Origin: Camelus dromedarius
Taxonomy: Eukaryota
DNA length: 64,000 nucleotides
Direction of reading: 5' to 3'
Assembly: GCF_036321535.1 (NCBI RefSeq)
Contig: NC_087436.1
Span: 7,130,001 to 7,194,000 of the forward strand
Position numbers and translations under genes: made by a program. Shown piece after piece: positions 11,291 to 23,026 of this stretch. Below the pieces are notes generated by a model, which saw only the letters and a list, made by a program, of their open reading frames with translations, ran no database searches and was not told the origin of the DNA. The number at the start of each line of letters is the position of its first letter. Within the stretch, counting starts at the first letter, position 1.

Positions 11291-12695
11291 GACGGCTTTC
11301 TGGGAATATTTTAAACCACATCACTGGGAAGCTTGGGGGATTTTTCTCTGCTTCAAAAATCTCCCAGCTGCTCAAATGTTCATCTCGTGGGCGCTATTTA
11401 GAGCGTGCGTGCTCCAAAAAATATCACCTGTGGGAGGCCTTGACTGTAGTTATGAAGAACTGAGAGGAAACAGTGCCAGTCCCATGTTGTCAGGCTGTCC
11501 GCCCTAGGAGGCAAGTGTTACAGAGGAGGGAGCCCATCTGGTCCCCGGGGTCGTGACAGACCTAAGTACTGTGCAGAGACGCTCCATTTCTAAACCACAA
11601 AGGGAAGAGCTTGGTCTGGCGGCTGCTTGATTCAAAAGACCTGGGCTTACTTTGAAATGATGGCAAAAACTCTGAGTATCCCAGGGCTAATCTTTTAAGA
11701 CGTTATTTATTCATCAAATCCACAAATGCTCCGTGAGCATCTGCCTTGTGCTGGGGCGTTAGACTCCGGGGAGAGGCAGGCTGGTTTCCTGCTCTTGTAA
11801 AGCGTACAGAACATTACTTCACACCAGAGGTGTCAGGTGACAGTTGCTCTTACTATTACAGCCTTCCAAATGGAATCCAAATTTAGAAACCGTAACAATG
11901 GGCTGCCTCTTAGTTATGTTTTTAGATCTTCGCATCCAGTTGGCTATTGGAACCTGACTATAAAATGTTCATTTGAAAGCAACTCACTCATTTTCTGGGT
12001 TTTCTAATGGGGCAGAAGTCTATGGCTGGTGATGATTTAAAATAAAGTATGAGTTTAGTGAATCACTGCTATGGGGTGTATAGCTGTTAATATAAGTTAT
12101 TAATTATCCTCAGTTAAACTGACGCTTATAATGTTTAATTTCTTTGCAGAGAATTCACTTCTGCTTTAAAATCTTTAAAAAAAATGAACAGGGGAAAAAT
12201 CAGTAGACAAGAATGACATGAATACATCTGCCCTTCTGTTCCATTTCTCCTACTTTCTAGTCTGCAGATTCTCTGGATGTCTAAGGTGATTTCTGCTTCA
12301 TTCATTCCTCACCACAAAATTTTGGAATTGCTGTGCCAAGGACATCTTCGCATCCCATCTTCAGAGCTATGCGAGTCTTCTTTGGTTTACTCAGTTTCCA
12401 GAACTGCATTTGTGCAGACGGTCTGGAACAAGCAGCTCAGGTGGCTCATAGAATTCGATGCTAAGGCGGTTATGGGTGTTTGATGCCTTCACGGGCCGGG
12501 AAAATTTTCAAAGGGATGTAATTAGTAATCACTAGTTTGGCAGAAATTAAGAAAATGGGTTCAGAATTTAAAATAAGACTTTGTCATTTACTAAGAACTG
12601 CATTGCAGGGAAGAAAGAAAGAACTACTTACTAGCCAGTAACTGGGCAGACATCACATCCCAGTTCCTCCACTTAGCACAGTGAGAGGCTTTCCT

Positions 12696-13700
12696 GAGGA
12701 GACAGACCCCAAAATATCGCCATGACCTCTGTCATCAAAATATATAAAGAATTCATACAACTCAATATCAAAAACCCCAAACAATCTTATTTAAAAATGG
12801 GCAGGGGACCTGAATAGGCATTTCTCCAAAGAAGATGTACAGATGGCCAACAGGCTCATGGAAAGGTGCTCCACATAGCTAGTCATCAGGGAAATGCAAA
12901 TTGAAACCACAATGAGGTACCATCTCACACATGACAGAATGGCCGTCATCAAAAAGACCACAAATAACAAATGCTGGTGAGGATGTGGAGAAGGGGGACC
13001 CCTCCTACACTGTTGGTGGGAATGTAAATTGGTGCAGCCACTGTGGAAACCAGTATGGAGGTTCCTCAAAAGTTAAAAATAGAACTACCATATGACCATA
13101 AATTCCACTCCTGGATATATATCTGAGAAAATGCAAACACTAATTGGAAAAGATACATGCACCCCAGTGTTCATAGCAGCATTGTTTGTAATTGCCAAGA
13201 CATGGAAGCAACCTAAGTGTCCATCAACAGATGAGTGGATAAAGATGTGTATATATACAATGGAATACTACTCAGTCATAAAAGAGAATGAAATTCTGCC
13301 ATTTGCAATGACATGGATGGAACTGGAGGGTACTATGCTTAGAGAAGTAAGTCAGACAGAGAAAAACAGTGTATGTTTTCACTTTTATGTGGAATCTAAA
13401 AAATAAAACAAATGAGCAGCTATAATGAAACAGAAATAGACTCACAGATACAGAGGACAAACTAGTGGTTATCAGTGGGATGAGGGGTGGAGGGAGGCAA
13501 AAATGAGGAAGAGGATTAAGAGGTCCGAACTACTAGGTATAAAACAAGTAAGATGAAAGGATGTTGTGTACAGCGCAGGGAAGATAGCGAACATTTTACA
13601 ATAACTTTATATGGAGTATAATCTATAAGAATATTAAATCACTATGTTGTCCACCTGAAACTAATATAATATTGTAAGTCAGTTACAATTCAATTTAAAA
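12696..13700 (+). mobile_element. L1 3' portion (ORF2 C-terminus plus 3'UTR) with a short inverted 5' segment
   Basis: ORF ...KDTCTPVFIAALFVIAKTWKQPKCPSTDEWIKM; TSD tgagaggctttcct (12682) / tgagaggttttcct (13703). Confidence 0.93.
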
Positions 13701-14336
13701 CATGAGAGGTTTTCCTTTAGATACAGGTCCAACCCATGATCCGTTCTGAGAATTGGCTTGTTACCAACAATAGAGAAAGAGACTCATTATGTCCGGGTAG
13801 AAGAGGAAAAACCTTGTGCTACCCTGCACACCATGAGAAAGTGGACTTGTGAGCCCGTTAAGCAGATTTTAGAAAGCCTGTTTGTCAGGAATATTGATAA
13901 TGCTTATTTGAAAGAGGTTACAGCTTTTTTAAAAATTGCAAAACTGTAAGAGTGCATCACCGCATTGGGATTCCAACTCTAACTACTGCATGTGGTGTCT
14001 TGCAGTGAAGGGCTTAATTCCTTCATCACTAGGCTTTTGGGGGAACAAATCCTCTGGTTGTGCTTGGTATTTGGTATAACCCAAATATCGGTCATTGTGT
14101 GTCTCCTGTGCTTCAAGCTCTTGTGAATGACTTTTTCCTGGAGTACTTGAATAAAAAGACCTTGAGCCTTCCTTTAGGAACAAAATCCACAGCTGAGTTT
14201 GCTAGAAGCCAAATAGAAGTAGACCCACTTCAGCCAGTGGAGCAGGATGCACCAAGACTCAAGGGGACAGGATCAGTAGCAGGAGTGCGTGTCCGCCATC
14301 GCACAGCGTGTTCTAGGGCAGTGCAGAAGGGTCTAG

Positions 14337-14895
14337 TGTTACCAAACTCAAGTTCAGCTGCTTGTGGCTCAAAAGCCAATAATTCAAGAGGCAAGTGTCA
14401 GTAGAAAGGAAAGTTGTTTTAATCAGAAAGCCGGCAATCTGGGGAGAAGGTGGACTCATGTCCAGAGACCAACTCTGAAGATCTGCTCAGCTGTGACAGA
14501 TTTTAAAGGGAAAAGGAGAAACAATCTCAGTTAATCATTAAGGTGGAAGGCTAAAGTCTTCTCATTTTTCCATTACGTGCAGGACTGCTGACCTCTCTTG
14601 ATCTTCCTTTGGATTCTGTCTTGCTTATGTGTTCCACCTGCATCCTCAGGGTCTACTTGCAAATTTACTAAGGGGACACTGGAAGTAGAGTCAGTCATTC
14701 TTTAACTACATAGTTCTTCATTTTCACTCCTTTTAATCCAGGAGAGGAATCAATGGGTAGGCAAAGCATGACATGCATTCAGTAGAGCAGAAGTCAGGAG
14801 TTAGGTTAAATGTTTCCTAGTGATCTCATCTTTATGATGAAGGTCTGAGGAAAACACAGAAGAACAAAGAGAAGAGGGGCAAAGAGCCATTTACA
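14337..14895 (-). mobile_element. ERV1-class solo LTR
   Basis: TG...CA termini with a perfect 4-bp TSD ctag/ctag; left end resembles the LTR at 22510. Confidence 0.85.
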
Positions 14896-15149
14896 CTAGC
14901 ACCACTGGGTGGGAGAGGGGCCACAACCTCTCGACTCAGGCTTGTTAAGATGCACAATGAGGGAAGCACCAGCCCCTCCCCTGAGTGAGCAGGACACTCA
15001 TATGATAGCAGCATGGAGAGGCAGCCACCTGGATTTGGTGAGCATTCAGTGTTTATGTTCGGGGAAGCACTGGTCTTGTCCCTGGTGTGGTCAGGGGCTT
15101 GGTGTTCAGGATTGCAATTACAGAGAAACTGAATATGGTGGTGGGGGAG

Positions 15150-16230
15150 GAAGGGAGATGCTATGGATAACTGCTAGTTTTCTGGGCTTGGATAATTGAA
15201 CGTGGGGTACCAGTCACATGGACTGGAAGTGTTGGAAGAGGACCCGGTTTAAGAGGGAAGACAGGTGTTAAATAGGCAGTCTGCTATATGGAGTTATACC
15301 ATGCAGTAGAGATCTGGGCTGGAAACATGAAGTTGTGATTTTATGTGGTAATTAAACTGAGGATGTGGATGTGATTTCCTAGGAAAAGAGTACACAGTGA
15401 GGAGGACAGAGGCCGAGAGAGGAGACTCCAAAATTTACTGGCTGAGTGGAGGAGACCGAGTCAGCAAACACAACTGAGAAGGTGGTGGCCAGGGTCATAG
15501 GAGGGAAATCAAAAGTGGAAAACAGTGTTTTAAGGAAGAGGGTGCTGTGGACTGAATGTGTCCCCCTAAAATTCAAAATATCAAAATCCTCAGCCCCAGT
15601 GTGTAAGATTAGGAGACAGAGCCCTTGGGAGGTGCCTAGGTCGTGAGGGTGGAGCCTCGTGAATAAGGTTAGTGCCCTTATCTAAGAGGCCCCGGGGAGC
15701 TCCCTTGGCCTCTCAGACGGCCACTCCCAGGCCAGGAAGTGGGCATTGGCCAGATAACAGTTGTGTAGGTGTCTTGACCTTGGAGTCCCAGTCTCTGGAA
15801 CTGTGAGAAATAGATGCCTGTTATTCACTCCCCCTCCCTGCCGGCTATGGTACGTTGCTGTGCAGCATCAGTGGACCGAGACAGAGGGCAGTTCTCAACC
15901 TCGTTGCGTGCAGCTCAAGGCGTTACGGAGGAGGCCCTGGATTTAGTGGAGTGCAGATCTCCTGGGATATTAGTGAGAACTGTTCAGAAAGAATAGTGGG
16001 GTGGAAGCCAGATTAGAGATTAAAGATGCCGGAAAAGTGAGCGAGAGAGACAATAATAGGGAGATGGTTGGCGCCTTCAGCTCTGTGAGGGAAGAAGAGA
16101 CAGGGCAGAGGCTGGAATGGAAACGTGGGGTCTGGGCGGGGCTGCTTGTGAGGTTGAAGGAGAACTAGCAGGACGTATTTAAATATGAACGGGAAGGACT
16201 CAATTAGAAAGAAAAGGTTGAATTCAAGAT
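15150..16230 (-). mobile_element. L2 fragment interrupted by an MLT1A LTR
   Basis: 'aaataggcagtctgctatatggagt...gagatctgggctggaaacatgaagttg' antisense L2. Confidence 0.65.
15543..15883 (+). mobile_element. MaLR solo LTR (MLT1A-like)
   Basis: 'tgctgtggactgaatgtgtcccc...gaccgagaca'; 5-bp TSD gaggg/gaggg. Confidence 0.92.
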
Positions 16231-16466
16231 AAAGTGAGCTTTCTGAGAGAGCTCTGCTTTGAATCCCCAGCCTCCACTCTCCCCTCACAGGCCTCTCAGA
16301 TTACCCTAGGAAAGACCTTTCTTGCTATAACAGAAGGATTGCTACAGTGGTGCGGATGGGATATGTTTGGTGGAAGCAGAATAACAAACAGGGTTCCAAC
16401 TTGATGCTTTTATTTTTCTGGAAAGTGGGAAATAAGGCTATTAACTGAGAATGAGAAAAATAGTTC

Positions 16467-16469
16467 TGT

Positions 16470-16501
<32 letters not shown>

Positions 16502-16511
16502 CTGTGTGTGT
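16467..16511. repeat. (TG)n microsatellite
   Basis: Directly visible. Confidence 0.95.
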
Positions 16512-16574
16512 AGGGGCGTGTTCAGACGAGGAGTCGAGAGACTGGGGAAATAAATAAAAGGAAGTGTTCCCCAA

Positions 16575-17070
16575 TCACCGTGTAACAAACCACCTCAAAA
16601 TTTCCTGGCTTGATGATTTAATTGTGCGCATGGACTCGAGGAGTCAGGGATTTGTCCAGAGCAGGGCGGGGATGTGTCTCTACTCCAGGATGTCTGGGGC
16701 CTCAATTAGAAAGATGTGAAGGCTGAGGGTGACCTGATGGCTGGGGGCTGTGATCATCTGGAAGATTCTTCATTTACATGTCTGGCAGCTGACAATGGCT
16801 CTTTTGCTGAGATCTCAGTGGGTCTGTAAACTGGAACGTGTGCCCATCCTGTGAGCCTGGCCTTCCTCACAGTCTGATGGCTAGGTTCTAAGAGTGAGTG
16901 TCCCAAGAGACAGGGAGTGGGGGCGGCCAGTGTCTAAGGCCTGGCCTGGCCTTCAAAAAGCATCGGTTCTACTGTTTCCTGTAGATCAGCAAGTCCACGG
17001 TCAAGGAGGAGAAACACAGAGCTCATCTCTCATTGGGAGAAGTATAAGAGAATTGGGGAGCCATTTAAAA
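16575..17070 (-). mobile_element. MaLR LTR (MLT1G/H-like)
   Basis: 'tgtaacaaaccacctcaaaatt...gatgtctggggcctca...catctggaagattcttcatttacatgtctggcag'. Confidence 0.75.
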
Positions 17071-17589
17071 ACGCTAAAGGCAGGCATGGAATAGGTGTTT
17101 TGGGAGTGTACGAGACTGTACGGTGCTGAATAGCCTTGTTTTTTGTAGCCTTCCCCATCTATTTTTCCAACATTTTGTTGAACCCCTTGGTGTTCCTTGA
17201 ATGTGCCCTTCTAAGTGGCTGTGTTTGTCGACACTGTTTATACAATGACAGGTGTCCTAAAGTCAGGCTTACATGCTCATTTGCAGAAATCATATTGAGT
17301 ACTGAAGGCTTGTGTCATTCCCTTTCTTCTCTTAACTCCATCCCTCTCTTATATTTTTCTTTAATCATGTTTTAATTTTTGTTGGAGGGCACTGCCAATT
17401 GGTTTCAGTGGACAGAGGTGCAAATGAATACATAAGGTACGTTTCCTCTCCTTCTGGAACTGCCTTATCCCCACCCACACCTGTTAAAAAGCTTTCAAAT
17501 CCCAGTTCAAATCCCACTACTTCTACAAAACTTCACCTGATTTCATTCTATGTTGGTGCTCCCAGAGCACTTGGCTTGTGTTTTTAAGT

Positions 17590-17725
17590 ACCCGGACCAG
17601 TTGTCCCCCAATTTGTTGGTGCACAATAATCTCTTACAAACATGTAAGAAATGCAAATTTTAGGGGAATCCCCCCAGACCTACTGAATCATATCTCTTGA
17701 GCACACAGTGACCAACAATTATTTA
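17590..17725. mobile_element. MER5-like hAT DNA transposon remnant
   Basis: 'aaatgcaaattttagggg...ccccagacctactgaatca'. Confidence 0.55.
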
Positions 17726-19063
17726 AGCATTCATTTATTGGCACGTGTGTCTATGTCTTTAGCCCTCAAGGTCAGAGAACGTGCTTCCTTTGTATTCTTT
17801 ATGGTGTTGGACACACAGTCCCTGGCATGTGGAAGACGCTCAGTGGAAGTTTCTGGAGTCGGTCTCTATCTTCTCTTAGAATTATTGCTATCCAGAGACT
17901 TCCTATGTGCGGTGCTTTTCCCCTTGGGTTTCCAGCAGGTGCCCCCAGGTACTGCTCTCTGTTATACCAAGCCAACTGGGGTCCGACAATTACACAAGCA
18001 ACAGTAAACTGTCTGTGTGGATGGAATGTGTACATTCAAGTTAGTAAAACTGTAATCACGATTTTGCTCACAGTCAGGAGATCAAAGGGGCTTCCTAATT
18101 TGAAGACGCTAAGGGCAGTATTTTTGATGTCCTCAAGGCGAGACCGGTGTGTGTCATGGGAATACGTGACTTTTCCAGTGATAGTGCTGGCGTGTGTTGT
18201 TTTGTTTTCTTGTACTATTACGACAGGGCTGGCAGGAGGACCAGGGGTCTGCGCTCTCAGGAAGGCAGCCGAGCATCTAGTTTCTGAGGTTTTGCTCCAC
18301 CTGCTTTGCTGGGGTAGCTGAAAACTGGCTCTACCGGCCAGAATGGACAAATGGACAGTCCAGAATTGGACATTTTTTTTCAGTTGCAATCCTGGTGAAT
18401 CACTGAACAATTGGCTTCTGATCTCAATGCCTTGGTTAAAAATAGTTGATTCACTTGCGCAGGAGCGGACCACCCTGCTAAGTACGTGTGGGAGGCAGTT
18501 ACTTTCTCCTGCCTACAAGGCTGACAGCCGTAGCCACTGTCCTTTTTTTTTTTTTTTTTCCTCCTCTTTCCCTCCTTGAAGGCTTTGTTTGCAGCATCCT
18601 TCACAATGCCAGGCACTTGTGCTAAAAATAGCTGTTCCATTTTCTGATGACTCCACCCAGGTTAGTCTGCCAGCTTCCCTGGCTTCCCAGGAGGCCACCT
18701 CCACATTAAGGATTCGCTGGCAAGCCTTTGTATTTCTTCCCCCTCCAACCACGGGGGACCCACCGCGCCTCCTCCGCCGGGCTGCGGGCAGCCTCCCTCA
18801 ATAGCGCCGTGGGCAGGATGCCCCGCAGCATCCAGCGCACAGGCCCGGCCTCTCGGACTCTCGGAGGGAGCCGGCGCCAGAGGAAACATTCAAGTGGGAA
18901 AAGGTCACTGCTGAGGATGCAGGCTCTGTTCGTCTCTGTCAGAGGTTGGGAGACCTTGCTAGAGAGATCAGTGGCAACGCCAGGGGACGGGGCAGCCCGA
19001 ACACCAGACACAGGGACAGGACGAGGCTCCTGAGGAGTTTGCGGTCCTGATTCGAGCAGGGCC

Positions 19064-19065
19064 TT

Positions 19066-19128
<63 letters not shown>

Positions 19129-19130
19129 TT
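19064..19130. repeat. (TTTA)n microsatellite, about 16 units
   Basis: Directly visible. Confidence 0.95.
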
Positions 19131-19355
19131 GTATTTCGATACTGCAGAGGTTGAGACATCTCTTAGAAATTGCTAGGTCCCTGTCATATCACGGTGGTGT
19201 TTCTTTTCTCCCCTGTTCATCCCTCCAGCCCCACCTCTGAAATGAGGGCATTCGTAAAGGGAAGGTGTGACTCTGGCCGTGGATGGTGTCCGGATGTAAA
19301 GAAATCATATGTTCACCAAGATAAATGCAGCACCGCCCAGCGTGTACCTCCCTCC

Positions 19356-19513
19356 CTGGGGACTAAGAATCGTAATTTGCAAGCACATAGAAGGGCATTT
19401 TCTAAGAAAGAAAAAAATCTAATATTTACTTGGTTGCTGGGAATTAAGAATCATAATTTGCAAACACACAAAAGGGCATTTTCTAAGAAAAAAATCTAAT
19501 CTTTACTTGGTTG
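19356..19513. repeat. Tandem duplication of a ~80 bp unit (two diverged copies)
   Basis: Copy 1 19356-19436 and copy 2 19437-19513 share 'ctggg..taagaatc.taatttgcaa.caca...aagggcattttctaagaaa..aaatctaat.tttacttggttg'. Confidence 0.92.
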
Positions 19514-19591
19514 ACAAAGACTGAAGTGGAAATTTAGACTGTATAGAGCACGTGGAGGAACATTCAAGTCAGACCAATACTTAGAAGCCTT

Positions 19592-19760
19592 ATTTTGTTT
19601 TGTGAGTTTTTAAGAGGGTCAGTGGAGAGGGAATTAGGTAGGTTTGTTTGTTTGTTTGTTTGTTTATTTATTTATTTAGTAGGGGTACTGGCTATTGAAC
19701 CCAGGACCTCTTGCATGCTAAGCACATGCTCTTCCACTGAGCTATACCCTCCCCCTCCCC
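19592..19760 (-). mobile_element. Vic-1-type SINE (long form)
   Basis: Antisense head; TSD agaagccttattt / agaagtctcattt. Confidence 0.9.
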
Positions 19761-19955
19761 AGAAGTCTCATTTAAATTAGAAGAGTGTTTAGTGGGTAAC
19801 TTGAAAAGTCCATCACAGGACAGAGTCTGGCCGACAGTCCCTTAGTATTCATTGGCCTCTGTGGTTTTCCTTCCTGTAATCTTCCCTTGCAGACATTCCT
19901 TTCTGATGACTCTGTTTTTTCTATTTATTTTGTCTTGGGCATCCAGGCAGGTAGT

Positions 19956-19957
19956 AT

Positions 19958-19992
<35 letters not shown>

Positions 19993-20870
19993 CTTATTTA
20001 TTTATTTATTGAAGTACACAGTCAATTACAATGTGTCAGTTTCTGGTGTACGGCACAACGTCCCAGTCATGCATATACATACATGTATTCGTCTTCGTAT
20101 TTTTTATTAAAGGTTATTGCAAGATATTGAACATAGTTCCCTGTGCTATACAGAAGAAACTTTTAAAAAATCTATTTTTATATACAGTGGCTAACATTTA
20201 TAAATCTCAAACTCCCAAATTTATCCCTTCCCACATCCTTTCCCTGGTAACCATAAGATTGTTTACTATGTCTGCAAGTCTGTTTCTGTTTTGTAGACGA
20301 GTTCACAGTGTATTTTTTTTCTTTTAGATTCCACATATGAGTGATATCATATGGTATTTTTCTTTCTTTGTCTGGCTTACTTCACCAAGAATGATGATCT
20401 CTAGGTCCCCATGTTCCTGCAAATGGCTTTATTTTATTCTTTTTTATGGCTGAGTAGTAGTTCATTGTATAAATATACCACAGCTTCTTTATCCAGTCAT
20501 CTGTCGATGGACATTTAGCTTGCTTCCATGTCTTGGCTATTGTATATACTACTGCCATGAACATTGGGGTGCATGTATCTTTTCAAATTAGAGTTCCCTC
20601 CAGATATATGCCCAGGAGTGGCATTGCTGGATCATAGGGTAAGTCTATTCTTAATTTTTTGAGGAATATCTATACTGTTTTCCATAACGGCTGCACCAAA
20701 CTTCCTTCCCACCAACAGTGCAGGAGGGTTCCCTTTTCTCCACACCCTCTCCAGCATTTGTCATTTGTGGCCATTCTGACTCTTGTGAGGTGATACCTCA
20801 TTGTAGTTTTGATTTGCATTTCTCTGATAATTAGTGTTGTTGAGCATTTTTTCATGTGCCTAATAGCCAT
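19956..20870 (-). mobile_element. Young L1 3' portion, 5'-truncated
   Basis: (TTTA)n tail; ORF2 pieces [26 protein letters not shown] and [24 protein letters not shown]. Confidence 0.95.
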
Positions 20871-21149
20871 TAAAAAAAAAATTCCTTGAAAGAAGAGTTT
20901 TAAAATCTGTGAGTAGAATTTTTCTACCTGGAGCTGTTAATTGCCTGAAAATTCTCTCTCTTAAAAAGGAATTTACAAGCTGCAATAGATATATATCTAT
21001 ATATGATTTGTATCTGGAAATCTGTCTCTCTCCATACAGGAAAATATTTTTGCTTCAGCTACACTCAGATTACAAGCTTGAGAGATATTCTGCCTCTTTA
21101 TGGTATCCATATATTACATCATTAATCCTCAACCTTGGCTTCAAATGAC

Positions 21150-21530
21150 CTGTTCACTGTACCCCCGACCTCTTTGTTCAGGTGAAGAGTTATTTTTGTA
21201 TATTGTATGGACCATACACGGACCATGTAGTATTACTCTTTCATGCCTGGTTCCTCTCACCCCACACAATGTTTGTCAGATCCTCAGCGTTGTTGCATGT
21301 GGTTGGCGATTGCCAAATCTCGTGAGTGTATAGGGTTTCATCATATGAATACACCACAGTGTATTCACTCTACTGTTGGTGGCATTTGGGTAGTTTCCAG
21401 TGTTTGGCTATTTTGAATGCTGTTATGAACATTCTAGTATGTGCCTTTTGGACATCATATGTACACATTCCTGTTAGGTATGTACCCAAGAGTGAAACCG
21501 ATGGATTATATAGGTTTGCCTATATTCAGA
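21150..21530 (-). mobile_element. Old L1 (L1M-type) fragment
   Basis: 'ggcatttgggtagtttccagtgtttggctattttgaatgctgttatgaacattctagt'. Confidence 0.7.
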
Positions 21531-22509
21531 CTAAGTGTACATAGAATGTTTTCTTTAAATGAACATCAGACCACGTGACTCACTCTTTGAAACCCTCACT
21601 GGCCTGCTTTTATATGGTTTTGTGTGTGTGTGTGTGTGAAAACATTATAACACGGTTTTCCAAACCAAATATTAAAGTTAACAGTTAACTTCGAACACAT
21701 TTCTAAATTCTACATGCATACTTCTGAATGTGTAAACCACATGTTAAACAGCTGAACACATTCTATGCACATTTCAGATCTTTAAACCGACAATCTGTCA
21801 ATCCAGCTATCACTGTGGGACACATTTGGATAGAGGTCTTAGACAATTTTTAAGCTCACGGAAAGAGCGCCAATCAATAACAATCATGTTTGCATTTAAC
21901 TCACAGACGCTGATACAATCTGCTAGGGCAAAACAAATATTTTCTTTAAACACAAATCTGTATGAGAGCAGTTTAAGGGCTAGAGTAGGCTTTATTTGAA
22001 TCTCTTTGTTAAAAAACAGACTCTTTCCCAATATCTAAATCTACTTTCCAGAGATCGGTGACATCATTGCTACCAGATACTTTTTTGAATTATCAGAATT
22101 ATTTTTTTTCCAAAGAGAGAAATGGTCAAATTCCGTACATCTCACACGAATTTTACATCTAACCCGCACTGCTCTGCGGCTCGGATGACAGGTGATGTCT
22201 GACTAAAGGGTCCTGTAGGACCAGCTTGTGTCTGATTCCTTTCTCTCCCCTCAGGCGTGTTTTTTTCCCATCTACTTATTTGTCTGGATAGAAGTGTCCT
22301 GCTTTGCTCTCTGTTTTGAATTTTGTTATTGTCCAGCCAATCGCCTGTGCTGCACAACCACAGCCCACAGCCCACAGCCCACACAGCTTAGCTCCTACTA
22401 GGAGGAGGGAGACGCTTCCTTTGATCATGTTATCTAGGGAAGTTCCTTCATTTTATCTGAGCTATTACCTCCACTTCATTTTTTCTACTTCTATCAAATT
22501 TCTTCATAG

Positions 22510-23026
22510 TGTTACGAAATCCAAACTCGTTCAGCTTGCCGCACGACAGGCCAGTAAATCCAGTAAATGGGGCAACGAACAGCTACTTTATTTGGAAAGC
22601 CAGCAGACTGAGAAGATGGGGGACTAATGTCCTGGAGAATCATCTTCTCCAAGTCAGAATTCAGGCTCCTTTTATACTAAAAGGGGAGGGGTGTGCTTGG
22701 TTGTTGGAAACTTCTTGGCATAAGAATTCTTTGTTCTTGCAGCTGTCAACGTGGGTCAGGTCATGGTGTGAACCTCCTGTAAACCTCCAACAAAACAAAC
22801 GTATTTTTCTATCCTGCAACTTGTTATCTTTATATGAATGCAAAAGTGTTAATATCCTTAAAGGTCAGAGCCTTGAGGATGGGCTCTCCTGTATATTTCA
22901 GGCTCTAGGCAACATTCTTTCACAAAAGGTACAGAACCAGCAAGACCGAGCCTAGAAAACAGGGCACAGGGTTAGAGCCAAAGGAACAGTTCTCATATGG
23001 AGTCAGAGTTGTCCTTTTCTGTTACA
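22510..23026 (-). mobile_element. ERV1-class solo LTR
   Basis: tgttac...gttaca termini, near-perfect 4-bp TSD atag/acag; minus-strand TATAAAA and AATAAA. Confidence 0.85.

Noticed and set aside
11043..11507. 154-aa ORF over the CpG block
   Set aside because: Arg/Ala/Gly-rich open frame expected from high GC; non-ATG start and no recognisable domain
17827..18473. Overlapping 164-aa (+) and 145-aa (-) ORFs
   Set aside because: No recognisable homology or coding-like composition; lengths are compatible with chance
19356..19513. Direct repeats as a CRISPR-like array
   Set aside because: Only two adjacent copies with no spacer, in eukaryotic DNA
22509..22955. 148-aa ORF
   Set aside because: Lies on the antisense strand of a solo LTR
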